This document shows, piece by piece, positions 33,637 to 40,607 of a stretch of DNA of 40,607 nt. A program made the position numbers and the translations under genes. Positions within the stretch are counted from its first letter, which is position 1; every line of letters begins with the position of its first letter. The notes below the pieces were generated by a model, which saw only the letters and a list, made by a program, of their open reading frames with translations, was not told where the DNA came from and did not search any database. The stretch is from the NCBI GenBank assembly GCA_046541095.1, contig JBKHDZ010000001.1, positions 1 through 40,607 on the forward strand, read 5' to 3'. Origin of the DNA: Alphaproteobacteria bacterium (GTDB lineage: Bacteria > Pseudomonadota > Alphaproteobacteria > Micavibrionales > Micavibrionaceae).

Positions 33637-36600
33637 TTGGTGATGATACATCGTTTACTCATATTAACCGTTTTATTGGTGTTTATGCCGCTAACCTCGC
33701 TGTTGGCGCAGAGCGCAATCAATGTGCGGGTAGGAGAGCATGATGATTATACCCGCCTTGTTTTCGATTGGCCGCAAAATGTCGGCTATAAAATCACCGA
33801 TCAGACAAATGATAGCCTGACGCTGAACTTTGATGCGGCGGGCCGCATTTCCACGAATATTGATGGTGATAATCTGCGCGGCATAGAATTGCTGGACGAA
33901 AACCCGATGCGCGTGCGTTTGCAAATCCCGTCCGGTGCCAATAGCCGCGTATTTGCCCTTGCCTCGCGCGTGGTCGTTGATATTTATGCTCCTGAGAATA
34001 TGAAAACGGCTCAAAAAACGCCAGCTTCACAACCACAGCAGGCGCCTAAACCTTCCCGAACACGTCAAGAGCCTGAAAAAACAGCAGAAAAAGCACCGCC
34101 GGAGGCTGATGAAAATGAATTACAGCGCGTTCAAGATGCTATTCAAAATCTGGATGGCGTAGTGGCCAAGGTTCTGAATGATGAAGAGGCGCGTAAACAA
34201 ACATCAAAGGCCCCGCAAGAAAGCGCCGAACCGCAAGGCTTAACGCCCGTTAATCCATCCCGGCCATCAGCGCCGCAAAGACGCACTGTCAGTTCGGTGG
34301 CCGATAACCAGATACAGCCGCATAAATTCACCCTTTCCTCCACGCAATCAATCGGGATGGCTGTTTTTAATAGCTATGGCACGTTATGGCTGGTTACAGA
34401 TAAAGCCAATTTATTTGTCAAACCCCAAATTAGCGGGCCTGATGCCGAATATTTTCGGCCGATCAAAGAGATGGCCCTTACAGACGGTAAGGCTTATACA
34501 TCCAAGACGCGCGATGGAAATTATATTATCGGGCAGGGGAGCGGATTGCTCTGGAATGTTATTGTAACGCCTGAAAAGGTGAACGATGAAAATTATAAGC
34601 CGGTCGAGCCGCAACGCGTTGATGTTGCCGAAAACCAGACGCGCAGCGGTAAAATCATCTGGCCTTTAAGCACCGCCCGCAATGTTCTGGACGTAAAAGA
34701 TCCTTATACCGGGAGCACGCTCAAAGTCATAACGGTTGAAGATGCGCAGGATTTTGCAGGCGGCGCGCGCAGCTTCGTTGATTTTGATGTGCTTGAATCT
34801 TCTATCGGTCTGGCCATTCGTCCCAAAACCGAGAATTTGCAAGTCAGAATTACAGATCAGGGGGTGGAGATCTTCCGTGAAGACGGGCTGGCCATCTTGC
34901 CGCCTGATAAAGTGGCGGGCATTGAAAAAGAGAGTTTCGAAGACCGTATGAAGCGCAATCCGAATGAGCGCCGCATATTCAATTTTGATGAATGGCGCAT
35001 GGGCGGGCTGAATGTCTTGAATGAAAATGAAAGCGTTATTTTGGCCTCTTTGCCGGATATGACAGAAGGCACAAAAATCGAAAACCTGATTACTTTGGCG
35101 AAAATGCAATTATCCAATGGCCGCGGCGCCGAGGCTTTGGGCTTTTTGAAATATGCCGAGCGGGAATTGCCGGAATTGGTGCAGAACCCCGAATTTATGT
35201 CTTTGCGCGGTGTAGCCAAGGCGTTTGCCTGGAAAACCGATGAAGCGTTTCGCGATTTATCCGCCCCGCTATTAAAAGATTATGAGGAAATACAAATCTG
35301 GCGGGCCTTTACGCTGGCCGACCTTGGTGACTGGCAGCAGGCGCGCGAGGTTCTGCCCGATAATATTGCCCCCATCAGAGATTATCCGCCCGAGATTTTA
35401 AACCGTGCGGGCGTGGTTTTGGCCGAGATTTACCTGCGAGCCGGAGAGGTCAAAAAAGCCGAGCAGCTCTTTAACATCAAGGAAGATGATGAATTGAATA
35501 CGGCTAACGCTGCCGCGCTTCAATATTTGCAAGGCGAAGCGGCGCGTCAAAAAGGCGATCTGGCTACCACCAAAAAGTTGTGGCAAGAATTGACCGAAGG
35601 TAAAGATGACCTTTACCGTGTGAAAGCGGGGCTTGCGCTGACACGGTTATTGATGGAAGAAAAGTCAATCACACCGGGCCAGGCAATAGACCGGCTGGAG
35701 CGTCTGCGTTATGCGTGGCGCGGTGATGAGCTAGAGGCACAAGTCAATTATTGGTTGGGGCGCACTTACTTTGAAAATGGCGATTATGTGAAGGGGCTTA
35801 ATATTATGCGTGAGGCGGCCTCCCTTGTTCCTGATACCATTTTGGGGCAGCGCATTACCCGCGATATGTCGAAAATGTTTACCGAATTCTTTTTGGACAA
35901 GGAAGAATTGAAAGATATCTCGCCGCTTGATTCCGTGGCGCTTTACGAGCAGTTTCAGGAATTGGTCCCTTCTGGCGAAGAGGGCAGCCGCCTGATCTCC
36001 AATTTGGCCGAACATATGGTGCAGGCCGATTTGCTGGATAGAGCCTCGGATTTGCTGAAATACCAGATTGATCACCGTTTGAGCGGCGATGAGGCGGCGC
36101 GCACAGCCACGCGTTTGGCTGCGATTAATCTCATTGATAAAAATCCGCGCGATGCGCTTTCGGCGCTGAATAAATCGGTGGGTTTCCTGAAAAATCTGCC
36201 GGGTGATGTAGCAACGAAAGGGCGTTTCGAGGAATTATCGCTTTTGCGCGCGCGGGCGTTATCTATGGATGGAAAAACCGATCAGGCGCTGGCCATTTTG
36301 GAAACCCTTAATTCAAGCCCCGAAGTGAACCGCTTGCGGGCGGATATTGCCTGGCAATCGGGGTTTTGGGATGATGCGGCTTACGCGCTGGAAGATGTCA
36401 TACTGGATGAAAATATTTCTCTGACGCGTCCTTTGAGCGATGATCATGCGATGCTGATCCTGCAAAGAGCGGTTGCGCAAAATCTCTCGGGCGATCGGAT
36501 CGGTCTTGCCAATTTGCGCGAAAAATACGGCGAGGCGATGAGCCAGACCAATAAAGCGCGCCTTTTTGATGTGGTATCCCGCCCGCGCAAAGCCTCGGGT

Positions 36601-36702
36601 CTGGCCGACCGTGAAACACTTTTATCTACTGTGGCGGAAATAGATCTCTTCGGGGAGTTTTTGAATTCTTACCGCGATGTCAATCAAAGCCCGTCGAATT
36701 AA
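33637..36702 (+). CDS. large secreted protein: AMIN-like N-terminal beta domain, Pro/Gln-rich linker, and a long TPR-like helical-repeat region
   Basis: Signal peptide LLILTVLLVFMPLTSLLAQSA. YTRLVFDW...RVVVDIY pattern. ~1021 aa. 12 nt after the motB stop. Start could be the ATG at 33643. Confidence 0.7.
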   Translation: MVMIHRLLILTVLLVFMPLTSLLAQSAINVRVGEHDDYTRLVFDWPQNVGYKITDQTNDSLTLNFDAAGRISTNIDGDNLRGIELLDENPMRVRLQIPSGANSRVFALASRVVVDIYAPENMKTAQKTPASQPQQAPKPSRTRQEPEKTAEKAPPEADENELQRVQDAIQNLDGVVAKVLNDEEARKQTSKAPQESAEPQGLTPVNPSRPSAPQRRTVSSVADNQIQPHKFTLSSTQSIGMAVFNSYGTLWLVTDKANLFVKPQISGPDAEYFRPIKEMALTDGKAYTSKTRDGNYIIGQGSGLLWNVIVTPEKVNDENYKPVEPQRVDVAENQTRSGKIIWPLSTARNVLDVKDPYTGSTLKVITVEDAQDFAGGARSFVDFDVLESSIGLAIRPKTENLQVRITDQGVEIFREDGLAILPPDKVAGIEKESFEDRMKRNPNERRIFNFDEWRMGGLNVLNENESVILASLPDMTEGTKIENLITLAKMQLSNGRGAEALGFLKYAERELPELVQNPEFMSLRGVAKAFAWKTDEAFRDLSAPLLKDYEEIQIWRAFTLADLGDWQQAREVLPDNIAPIRDYPPEILNRAGVVLAEIYLRAGEVKKAEQLFNIKEDDELNTANAAALQYLQGEAARQKGDLATTKKLWQELTEGKDDLYRVKAGLALTRLLMEEKSITPGQAIDRLERLRYAWRGDELEAQVNYWLGRTYFENGDYVKGLNIMREAASLVPDTILGQRITRDMSKMFTEFFLDKEELKDISPLDSVALYEQFQELVPSGEEGSRLISNLAEHMVQADLLDRASDLLKYQIDHRLSGDEAARTATRLAAINLIDKNPRDALSALNKSVGFLKNLPGDVATKGRFEELSLLRARALSMDGKTDQALAILETLNSSPEVNRLRADIAWQSGFWDDAAYALEDVILDENISLTRPLSDDHAMLILQRAVAQNLSGDRIGLANLREKYGEAMSQTNKARLFDVVSRPRKASGLADRETLLSTVAEIDLFGEFLNSYRDVNQSPSN

Positions 36703-36709
36703 CGCTAGC

Positions 36710-37525
36710 CTATCCACCCGGGCCGGGGATAGCGGCGGCGGGAACCTGATCAAAGCTCTGAATAAGCGAGCCCGCGATCAAATGCCAGCCATCCACCAGC
36801 ACAAAGAAAATAATCTTGAAGGGCAGGGAGATTGTAATCGGCGGGAGCATCATCATACCCATCGACATCAAAATCGAGGCCGTGACCAGATCGATAATCA
36901 AAAACGGCAGGAACAGCATAAAGCCGATTTCAAAAGCGCGGCGAAGCTCGGAAATCATAAAGGCCGGAATGACAACTTGCAGGGGTAAGTCCATTGCTTC
37001 TTCCGGCCGCTCTGTTTCGCTGAGTTCTATAAAGAGCGTTAAATCTTTTTCCCGAACATGTTTGAGCATAAAAGCCTGAAACGGCTCGACCGAGCGCTCG
37101 AAAGCCTGCATTTCATCAATTTCTTCATTAATAAGGGGGCGCAGGCCCTGATCGTAGGCGGCCTGTAATGTTGGCGCCATAATAAAGAAGGTCAAAAACA
37201 ACGCGAGGGAGATCATCACCGTATTGGGCGGGGTTTGTTGTAAACCAATCGCTGTACGCAGGAATGAGAGCGCCACAACAATCCGCGTAAAAGATGTCAT
37301 CATAATCAAGATGGACGGGGCGAGCGACAAAACGGTCAGTATGGCGACCAGCTGGATAATGCGGCCTGTTACCGTGCCATCCTGCTCACCGCCGAAATCA
37401 AGAGAGATGCTTTGCGCCAGCGCCGATTCGGCAGGTATAAAGAAAACAGCGCCAAATATCGCCAAAAATACGGCGACAAAAATGCGTTTTTTATCAAATG
37501 TTTGCGGGATTTTCTTTGCGCTCAT
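36710..37525 (-). CDS. fliP: flagellar export apparatus protein FliP
   Basis: Signal peptide, then motifs LTVLSLAPSILIMMTSFTRIVVALSFLRTAIG, VIPAFMISELRRAFEIGF and LPFKIIFFVLVDGW. Confidence 0.96.
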   Translation of the reverse strand: MSAKKIPQTFDKKRIFVAVFLAIFGAVFFIPAESALAQSISLDFGGEQDGTVTGRIIQLVAILTVLSLAPSILIMMTSFTRIVVALSFLRTAIGLQQTPPNTVMISLALFLTFFIMAPTLQAAYDQGLRPLINEEIDEMQAFERSVEPFQAFMLKHVREKDLTLFIELSETERPEEAMDLPLQVVIPAFMISELRRAFEIGFMLFLPFLIIDLVTASILMSMGMMMLPPITISLPFKIIFFVLVDGWHLIAGSLIQSFDQVPAAAIPGPGG

Positions 37526-37835
37526 TCTCGTCTGGTTTATCCGGCTCTATATCGGTTTTGATAATAGTGTCGCCATTAATACCGAGCATGACAAGATGTT
37601 GTTTATCATCACATTGCACCAAAACCAGCCTACGGCGCGCATCAAGTGGTTGAGATTCAATGATTTTCAATCTTTTTTGCGTCTTATTCACAGGGGCGCT
37701 GTGCGCGAGGCCCAGTTTTTTGATGAGAAGCGCAAGCCCGCCCATTAAACCCACCACGAGGGCAAGCGTGACAATAAGCTGGGCAATCTGGGCGAAGGTA
37801 ATGATTTCCATGAGCAAGCAATACCAAATGTTCAT
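37494..37835 (-). CDS. fliO: flagellar biosynthesis protein FliO
   Basis: One TM (AQLIVTLALVVGLMGGLALLIKKLG) followed by RLKIIESQPLDARRRLVLVQCDDKQHLVMLG. Overlaps the fliP start. Start could be Met9. Confidence 0.78.
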   Translation of the reverse strand: MNIWYCLLMEIITFAQIAQLIVTLALVVGLMGGLALLIKKLGLAHSAPVNKTQKRLKIIESQPLDARRRLVLVQCDDKQHLVMLGINGDTIIKTDIEPDKPDENERKENPANI

Positions 37836-37857
37836 AAAAAAAGGAAGCGCTCAAAAC

Positions 37858-38265
37858 TTATTCATCGTCTTTATCAAAGCCTTTCAAAACCGCATCGAAA
37901 GGATCGGCTTCCCCGTTTGCGCGATACACGTAGGATAAAATTTCCGCCACGGCGGTGAAGGCTTCGGTCGGAATGGGACTATCCAGCTCTATTTGGGCGA
38001 GCATTTCGGCCAAATCACTGTCTTTACGCACTTTGATATCATTTTCAAAGGCAAGCTGAAGAATTTTTTCGGCAATAACGCCGCGTCCTGCGGCCGTGAT
38101 TTTCGGCGCCCTGCGCTTGTTTTCCTGCTCTTGCAGGGATACCGCCGTTTTACGGGCAGGGATTTTTTCCGTATTCAGCGGCTTTAATTGCTCTCCGCGG
38201 GTGTTTTTCTTGCCGTTATCATATTGGTCTATACCCATATCTTCATTTTGGCATGGTTTTCGCAT
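37858..38265 (-). CDS. stand-alone FlhB C-terminal-domain homolog (FlhX/YlqH-like), lacking TM region and NPTH site
   Basis: PKITAAGRGVIAEKILQLAFENDIKVRKDSDLAEMLAQIELDSPIPTEAFTAVAEILSYVY matches the FlhB/EscU post-cleavage C-domain pattern. 135 aa. Confidence 0.75.
   Translation of the reverse strand: MRKPCQNEDMGIDQYDNGKKNTRGEQLKPLNTEKIPARKTAVSLQEQENKRRAPKITAAGRGVIAEKILQLAFENDIKVRKDSDLAEMLAQIELDSPIPTEAFTAVAEILSYVYRANGEADPFDAVLKGFDKDDE
38249..38264 (+). promoter_or_regulatory. sigma54 (-24/-12) promoter candidate for flgB-flgC-fliE
   Basis: TGGCAT-ggttt-TCGCA, 43 nt upstream of the flgB ATG. Overlaps the start codon of the divergent FlhB-C-like gene. Confidence 0.6.
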
Positions 38266-38307
38266 TGATAAAAGCTGTCAGGATTAAAACAATTAGGGTA
38301 TGAAACG

Positions 38308-38724
38308 ATGACAACACAAAATTTAAGTCTTTTCAAAGCATTAGGCGCAAAAATGGAGTTTTTGAACCAGCGCCAGCGTGTGCTTTCGCAAAATATCTCC
38401 AATGCGGATACGCCGGGATATATTCCAAAAGATTTAAAAGATCTGGATTTCCGCGAAACGCTGAAAAATGTCGAAAAAGACAGGCGCTCGGCCGTTTATA
38501 TTGAACGCACGCGTAATAGCCACATGTCGCCAGCGGGAGAAATTTTTAATCCGCAAAACCGCGAAAACAAGAAAACCTATGAAGTAGCCCCTGCCGGCAA
38601 TGCGGTTGTCATGGAAGAGCAGCTGGTGAAAACCAACAAGAATATGATTGATTACAACCTGATGACCAATATGTACCAGAAAAATATCAGAATGCTGAAA
38701 ACCGCTTTAGGGAAGCAGCAATAA
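38308..38724 (+). CDS. flgB: flagellar proximal rod protein FlgB
   Basis: 138 aa. RQRVLSQNISNADTPGY rod N-terminal motif. Precedes flgC. Confidence 0.9.
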   Translation: MTTQNLSLFKALGAKMEFLNQRQRVLSQNISNADTPGYIPKDLKDLDFRETLKNVEKDRRSAVYIERTRNSHMSPAGEIFNPQNRENKKTYEVAPAGNAVVMEEQLVKTNKNMIDYNLMTNMYQKNIRMLKTALGKQQ

Positions 38725-38745
38725 AAATAGTAGGAGGATAGAGTT

Positions 38746-39162
38746 ATGAGTTGGGAATTATTGAATGCGATGAGTGTTTCGGCCAGCGGGATGAAAGCCC
38801 ACGGCCACCGTATCCGCGTGATCACGGAAAATATTGCCAATGCCAATACAACGGGCGATACGCCGGGCGCCGATCCTTATCGCCGCCAGCAAATTACTTT
38901 TAAAAACGAACTTGACCGCGATGCTGGTGTAAAAAAAGTGCAAGTTGAGCAGGTCATTGAAGACGAGAAAAGTAATTTCAAGCTGGAATATAACCCTGAT
39001 CACCCGGCCGCCAATGCGGAAGGTTATGTGAAAATGCCGAATTTGAATACCTTGATTGAAATGGCCGATATGCGCGAGGCACAAAGAACCTATGAAGCCA
39101 ATCTGGGGATGATCGAGCAATCAAAATCCATGGTCATGCGCACTATTGATTTATTAAGGTAG
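38746..39162 (+). CDS. flgC: flagellar proximal rod protein FlgC
   Basis: SASGMKAHGHRIRVITENIANANTTG and the C-terminal VKMPNLNTLIEMADMREAQRTYEANL. Confidence 0.95.
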   Translation: MSWELLNAMSVSASGMKAHGHRIRVITENIANANTTGDTPGADPYRRQQITFKNELDRDAGVKKVQVEQVIEDEKSNFKLEYNPDHPAANAEGYVKMPNLNTLIEMADMREAQRTYEANLGMIEQSKSMVMRTIDLLR

Positions 39163-39202
39163 GCAATTTGTGCTATAATAAAGGTTAGAATAGAGGATAA
39201 AA

Positions 39203-39517
39203 ATGGATAAAATTATAGATCCCAATTTTGCAGCCAGAGCCTATACCAGCACTTCGGCGATGCCGACATCCAGCATCCCTGTGCAAAATGAGGTGGGCGG
39301 CAAAAGTTTCCAGGAGTTTGTCACAGATTCCTTGGAAGAATCCATGCAAACCATGAAAACCGGTGAACAGATGCAAGCCGCCGCCGTACGCGGTGAGGCC
39401 GATATAACCGAAGTCGTGCAGGCCGTCAGCGCGTCTGAAATCACCCTGGATACTATTGTGACCTTGCGCGATAGAATGATTTCCGCCTATCAGGAAATCA
39501 TGCGTATGCCGATCTAA
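39203..39517 (+). CDS. fliE: flagellar hook-basal body complex protein FliE
   Basis: 104 aa. FQEFVTDSLEE and C-terminal VVQAVSASEITLDTIVTLRDRMISAYQEIMRMPI, typical of FliE. Confidence 0.9.
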   Translation: MDKIIDPNFAARAYTSTSAMPTSSIPVQNEVGGKSFQEFVTDSLEESMQTMKTGEQMQAAAVRGEADITEVVQAVSASEITLDTIVTLRDRMISAYQEIMRMPI

Positions 39518-39532
39518 TTATTGACATAATGC

Positions 39533-40447
39533 ATGGTTTTTTGCTATTGTCCTGTGATGCCAAAAATACAGGACAATTTTGATTATGACCCGGTTATAAA
39601 GGCCATTGCCCCTTGGGTGAATGTGGAATGTCCGCATTATCGCGAGGCGCAAATGAGCGATCATTTTTTAAGTGAGCGCAATCAATTCTCCCGCGCCCTA
39701 TTTTCAGCGTATCCGGCTTTCTTGGTGCATTATCTGACCATAAGTGATTTTGATGATGCCAGAGATTTGGTGAAAATTATGCCTAAAGACCCCGAAAGCC
39801 TGTTGTATTTTCAAAACCGCTTCATCAAAGAAGAGGTTCGCGCCCATTATGACGAGCATAGTATTGTGCGTTCGGCTTTGACATTTTGCCTGACCGAGGA
39901 AGAAGCGCAAAAGGGTCTGCAAAAAATGAAAAACGATTCCAATCTCGCCATGATGATGGCATTGTTCGGCGATAGCTGCTTGAAATACTTCGATGGTTTG
40001 AAGGAAGCTGCAAATTATTCCGAGGGGAGAGGGTACAGGTCTTTTAATGGTGTTGCGGGCATGGTAAAGCCGCTTGAAAAAATGACAAACCAGTTAAAAG
40101 ATGCCTATCAGTTTATGCAGGAATTACTGCCCGTTCTGGCGTTTGCGCTGGAGGGCAAGCAGGATTTAAACGAAAAAGATTTTGCTATGGGCCTATGCAC
40201 AACGTTTCGTATGCAGGCCATGAAAAGCGAAAATAAATCTATTGATAAGGTTAAGCATTGCCCCTTTGGCCCGGCCTTGGGGGATATATCCGTCGCCGTG
40301 TTGGAGCGCCAAGCCAATACAGGGCGCATTACCTTAAGCGATGAACGGCGCCCGGGGGCTTTGTTTCATTTTTTATATCAGGAAGCCCGGGAAATTTTGA
40401 TCGAGACACAAAATACTCCCGCCATGGCTGTGAATTCACCGGAATAA
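39533..40447 (+). CDS. orphan helical cytoplasmic protein, no recognisable domain
   Basis: 304-aa ORF between fliE and fliQ. Alternative starts are the ATG at 39557 (inside a hairpin loop) and the ATG at 39653 (GAGG Shine-Dalgarno 5 nt upstream). The stop is firm. Confidence 0.55.
   Translation: MVFCYCPVMPKIQDNFDYDPVIKAIAPWVNVECPHYREAQMSDHFLSERNQFSRALFSAYPAFLVHYLTISDFDDARDLVKIMPKDPESLLYFQNRFIKEEVRAHYDEHSIVRSALTFCLTEEEAQKGLQKMKNDSNLAMMMALFGDSCLKYFDGLKEAANYSEGRGYRSFNGVAGMVKPLEKMTNQLKDAYQFMQELLPVLAFALEGKQDLNEKDFAMGLCTTFRMQAMKSENKSIDKVKHCPFGPALGDISVAVLERQANTGRITLSDERRPGALFHFLYQEAREILIETQNTPAMAVNSPE
39546..39581 (+). terminator. perfect 10-bp inverted repeat plus T-run after fliE (terminator, attenuator or operator)
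   Basis: ATTGTCCTGT-gatgccaaaaat-ACAGGACAAT followed by TTTT. A TTGACA at 39521-39526 lies just upstream. Confidence 0.5.
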
Positions 40448-40486
40448 TTCTGGCTGGCCTGGGCGCTATCCCTTATACTGTGATTC

Positions 40487-40607
40487 ATGAATGAACAGGA
40501 AATCCTATAAACCGCGCAGCAAGCGCTTTTGATTGCAATCCAGATGGGCGCGCCTGTTCTGCTGATCGGTCTTGTGGTCGGGGTATCTATCGCGCTGGTA
40601 CAGGCTT
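40487..40607 (+). CDS. fliQ: fliQ, 5' part running off the window, with an apparent in-frame TAA at codon 8
   Basis: The frame reads MNEQEIL*TAQQALLIAIQMGAPVLLIGLVVGVSIALVQA, the canonical FliQ N-terminus and first TM. The TAA is at 40508-40510. Possible restarts are the TTG at 40529 and the ATG at 40544. Confidence 0.7.

Noticed and set aside
36700-36712. Only a 7-nt gap between the convergent stops of the 1021-aa gene and fliP, with no terminator.
   Set aside because: Tight convergent junctions occur commonly. Without transcript data there is nothing specific to claim beyond possible transcriptional interference.
1-40607. I searched for CRISPR arrays, tRNA or rRNA genes, transposases, integrases, toxin-antitoxin pairs or known defence-system signatures.
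   Set aside because: I found no spaced direct repeats, no cloverleaf-like sequences, and no DDE, tyrosine-recombinase, nuclease-helicase or similar motifs in any translated ORF. Essentially all coding capacity is accounted for by motility genes and the few orphans listed.

Overview
Almost the whole 40.6 kb window is one flagellar and motility supercluster of alphaproteobacterial (Caulobacter-like) type. I recognise about 40 motility genes. On the minus strand: fliF-fliG-fliH-fliN-motA, flbT-flaF plus a flagellin, flgI-flgJ(rod-binding only)-two FlgN-like genes-fliK-flgD-two tandem flgE paralogs, flgF-flgG-flgA-flgH, and an FlhB-C-like gene with fliO-fliP. On the plus strand: flaG, fliX, dksA, fliL-fliM-(membrane coiled-coil)-motE-like, cheY-cheZ, a MotB-like gene with motB and a 1021-aa secreted TPR protein, flgB-flgC-fliE-(orphan)-fliQ. 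The regulators FliX, FlbT and FlaF are present. Four hand-found sigma54-type promoters (TGGCAx-N5-TxGCA) sit upstream of flbT, flgI, flgF and flgB, which points to a Caulobacter-style sigma54 hierarchy. The activator FlbD, rpoN, flhA, flhB, fliI, fliR, flgK and flgL are not in the window. I saw no rRNA, tRNA, CRISPR array, transposase, integrase or recognisable defence genes. The parts not explained by textbook flagellar biology, in rough order of interest: (1) a translationally coupled trio downstream of cheYZ, made of an Asp-less MotB-like membrane protein, MotB, and a 1021-aa AMIN-like/TPR periplasmic protein, with a MotE-like gene nearby; this is a candidate undescribed stator-scaffold module. 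(2) A three-gene insertion between flagellin and hook genes (TPR-GT41 glycosyltransferase plus two methyltransferases) that looks lower in GC and is a candidate flagellin-modification island. (3) Two diverged tandem hook (FlgE) paralogs. (4) A 304-aa orphan wedged between fliE and fliQ. (5) An apparent in-frame TAA at codon 8 of fliQ. (6) A QD(D/E)IDxL(L/F) CheY-docking-like peptide present three times, in FliM, CheZ and unexpectedly FliN. (7) A small secreted-protein cassette flanked by two identical 27-nt terminator hairpins. All family calls come from reading the translations by eye, with no database search.
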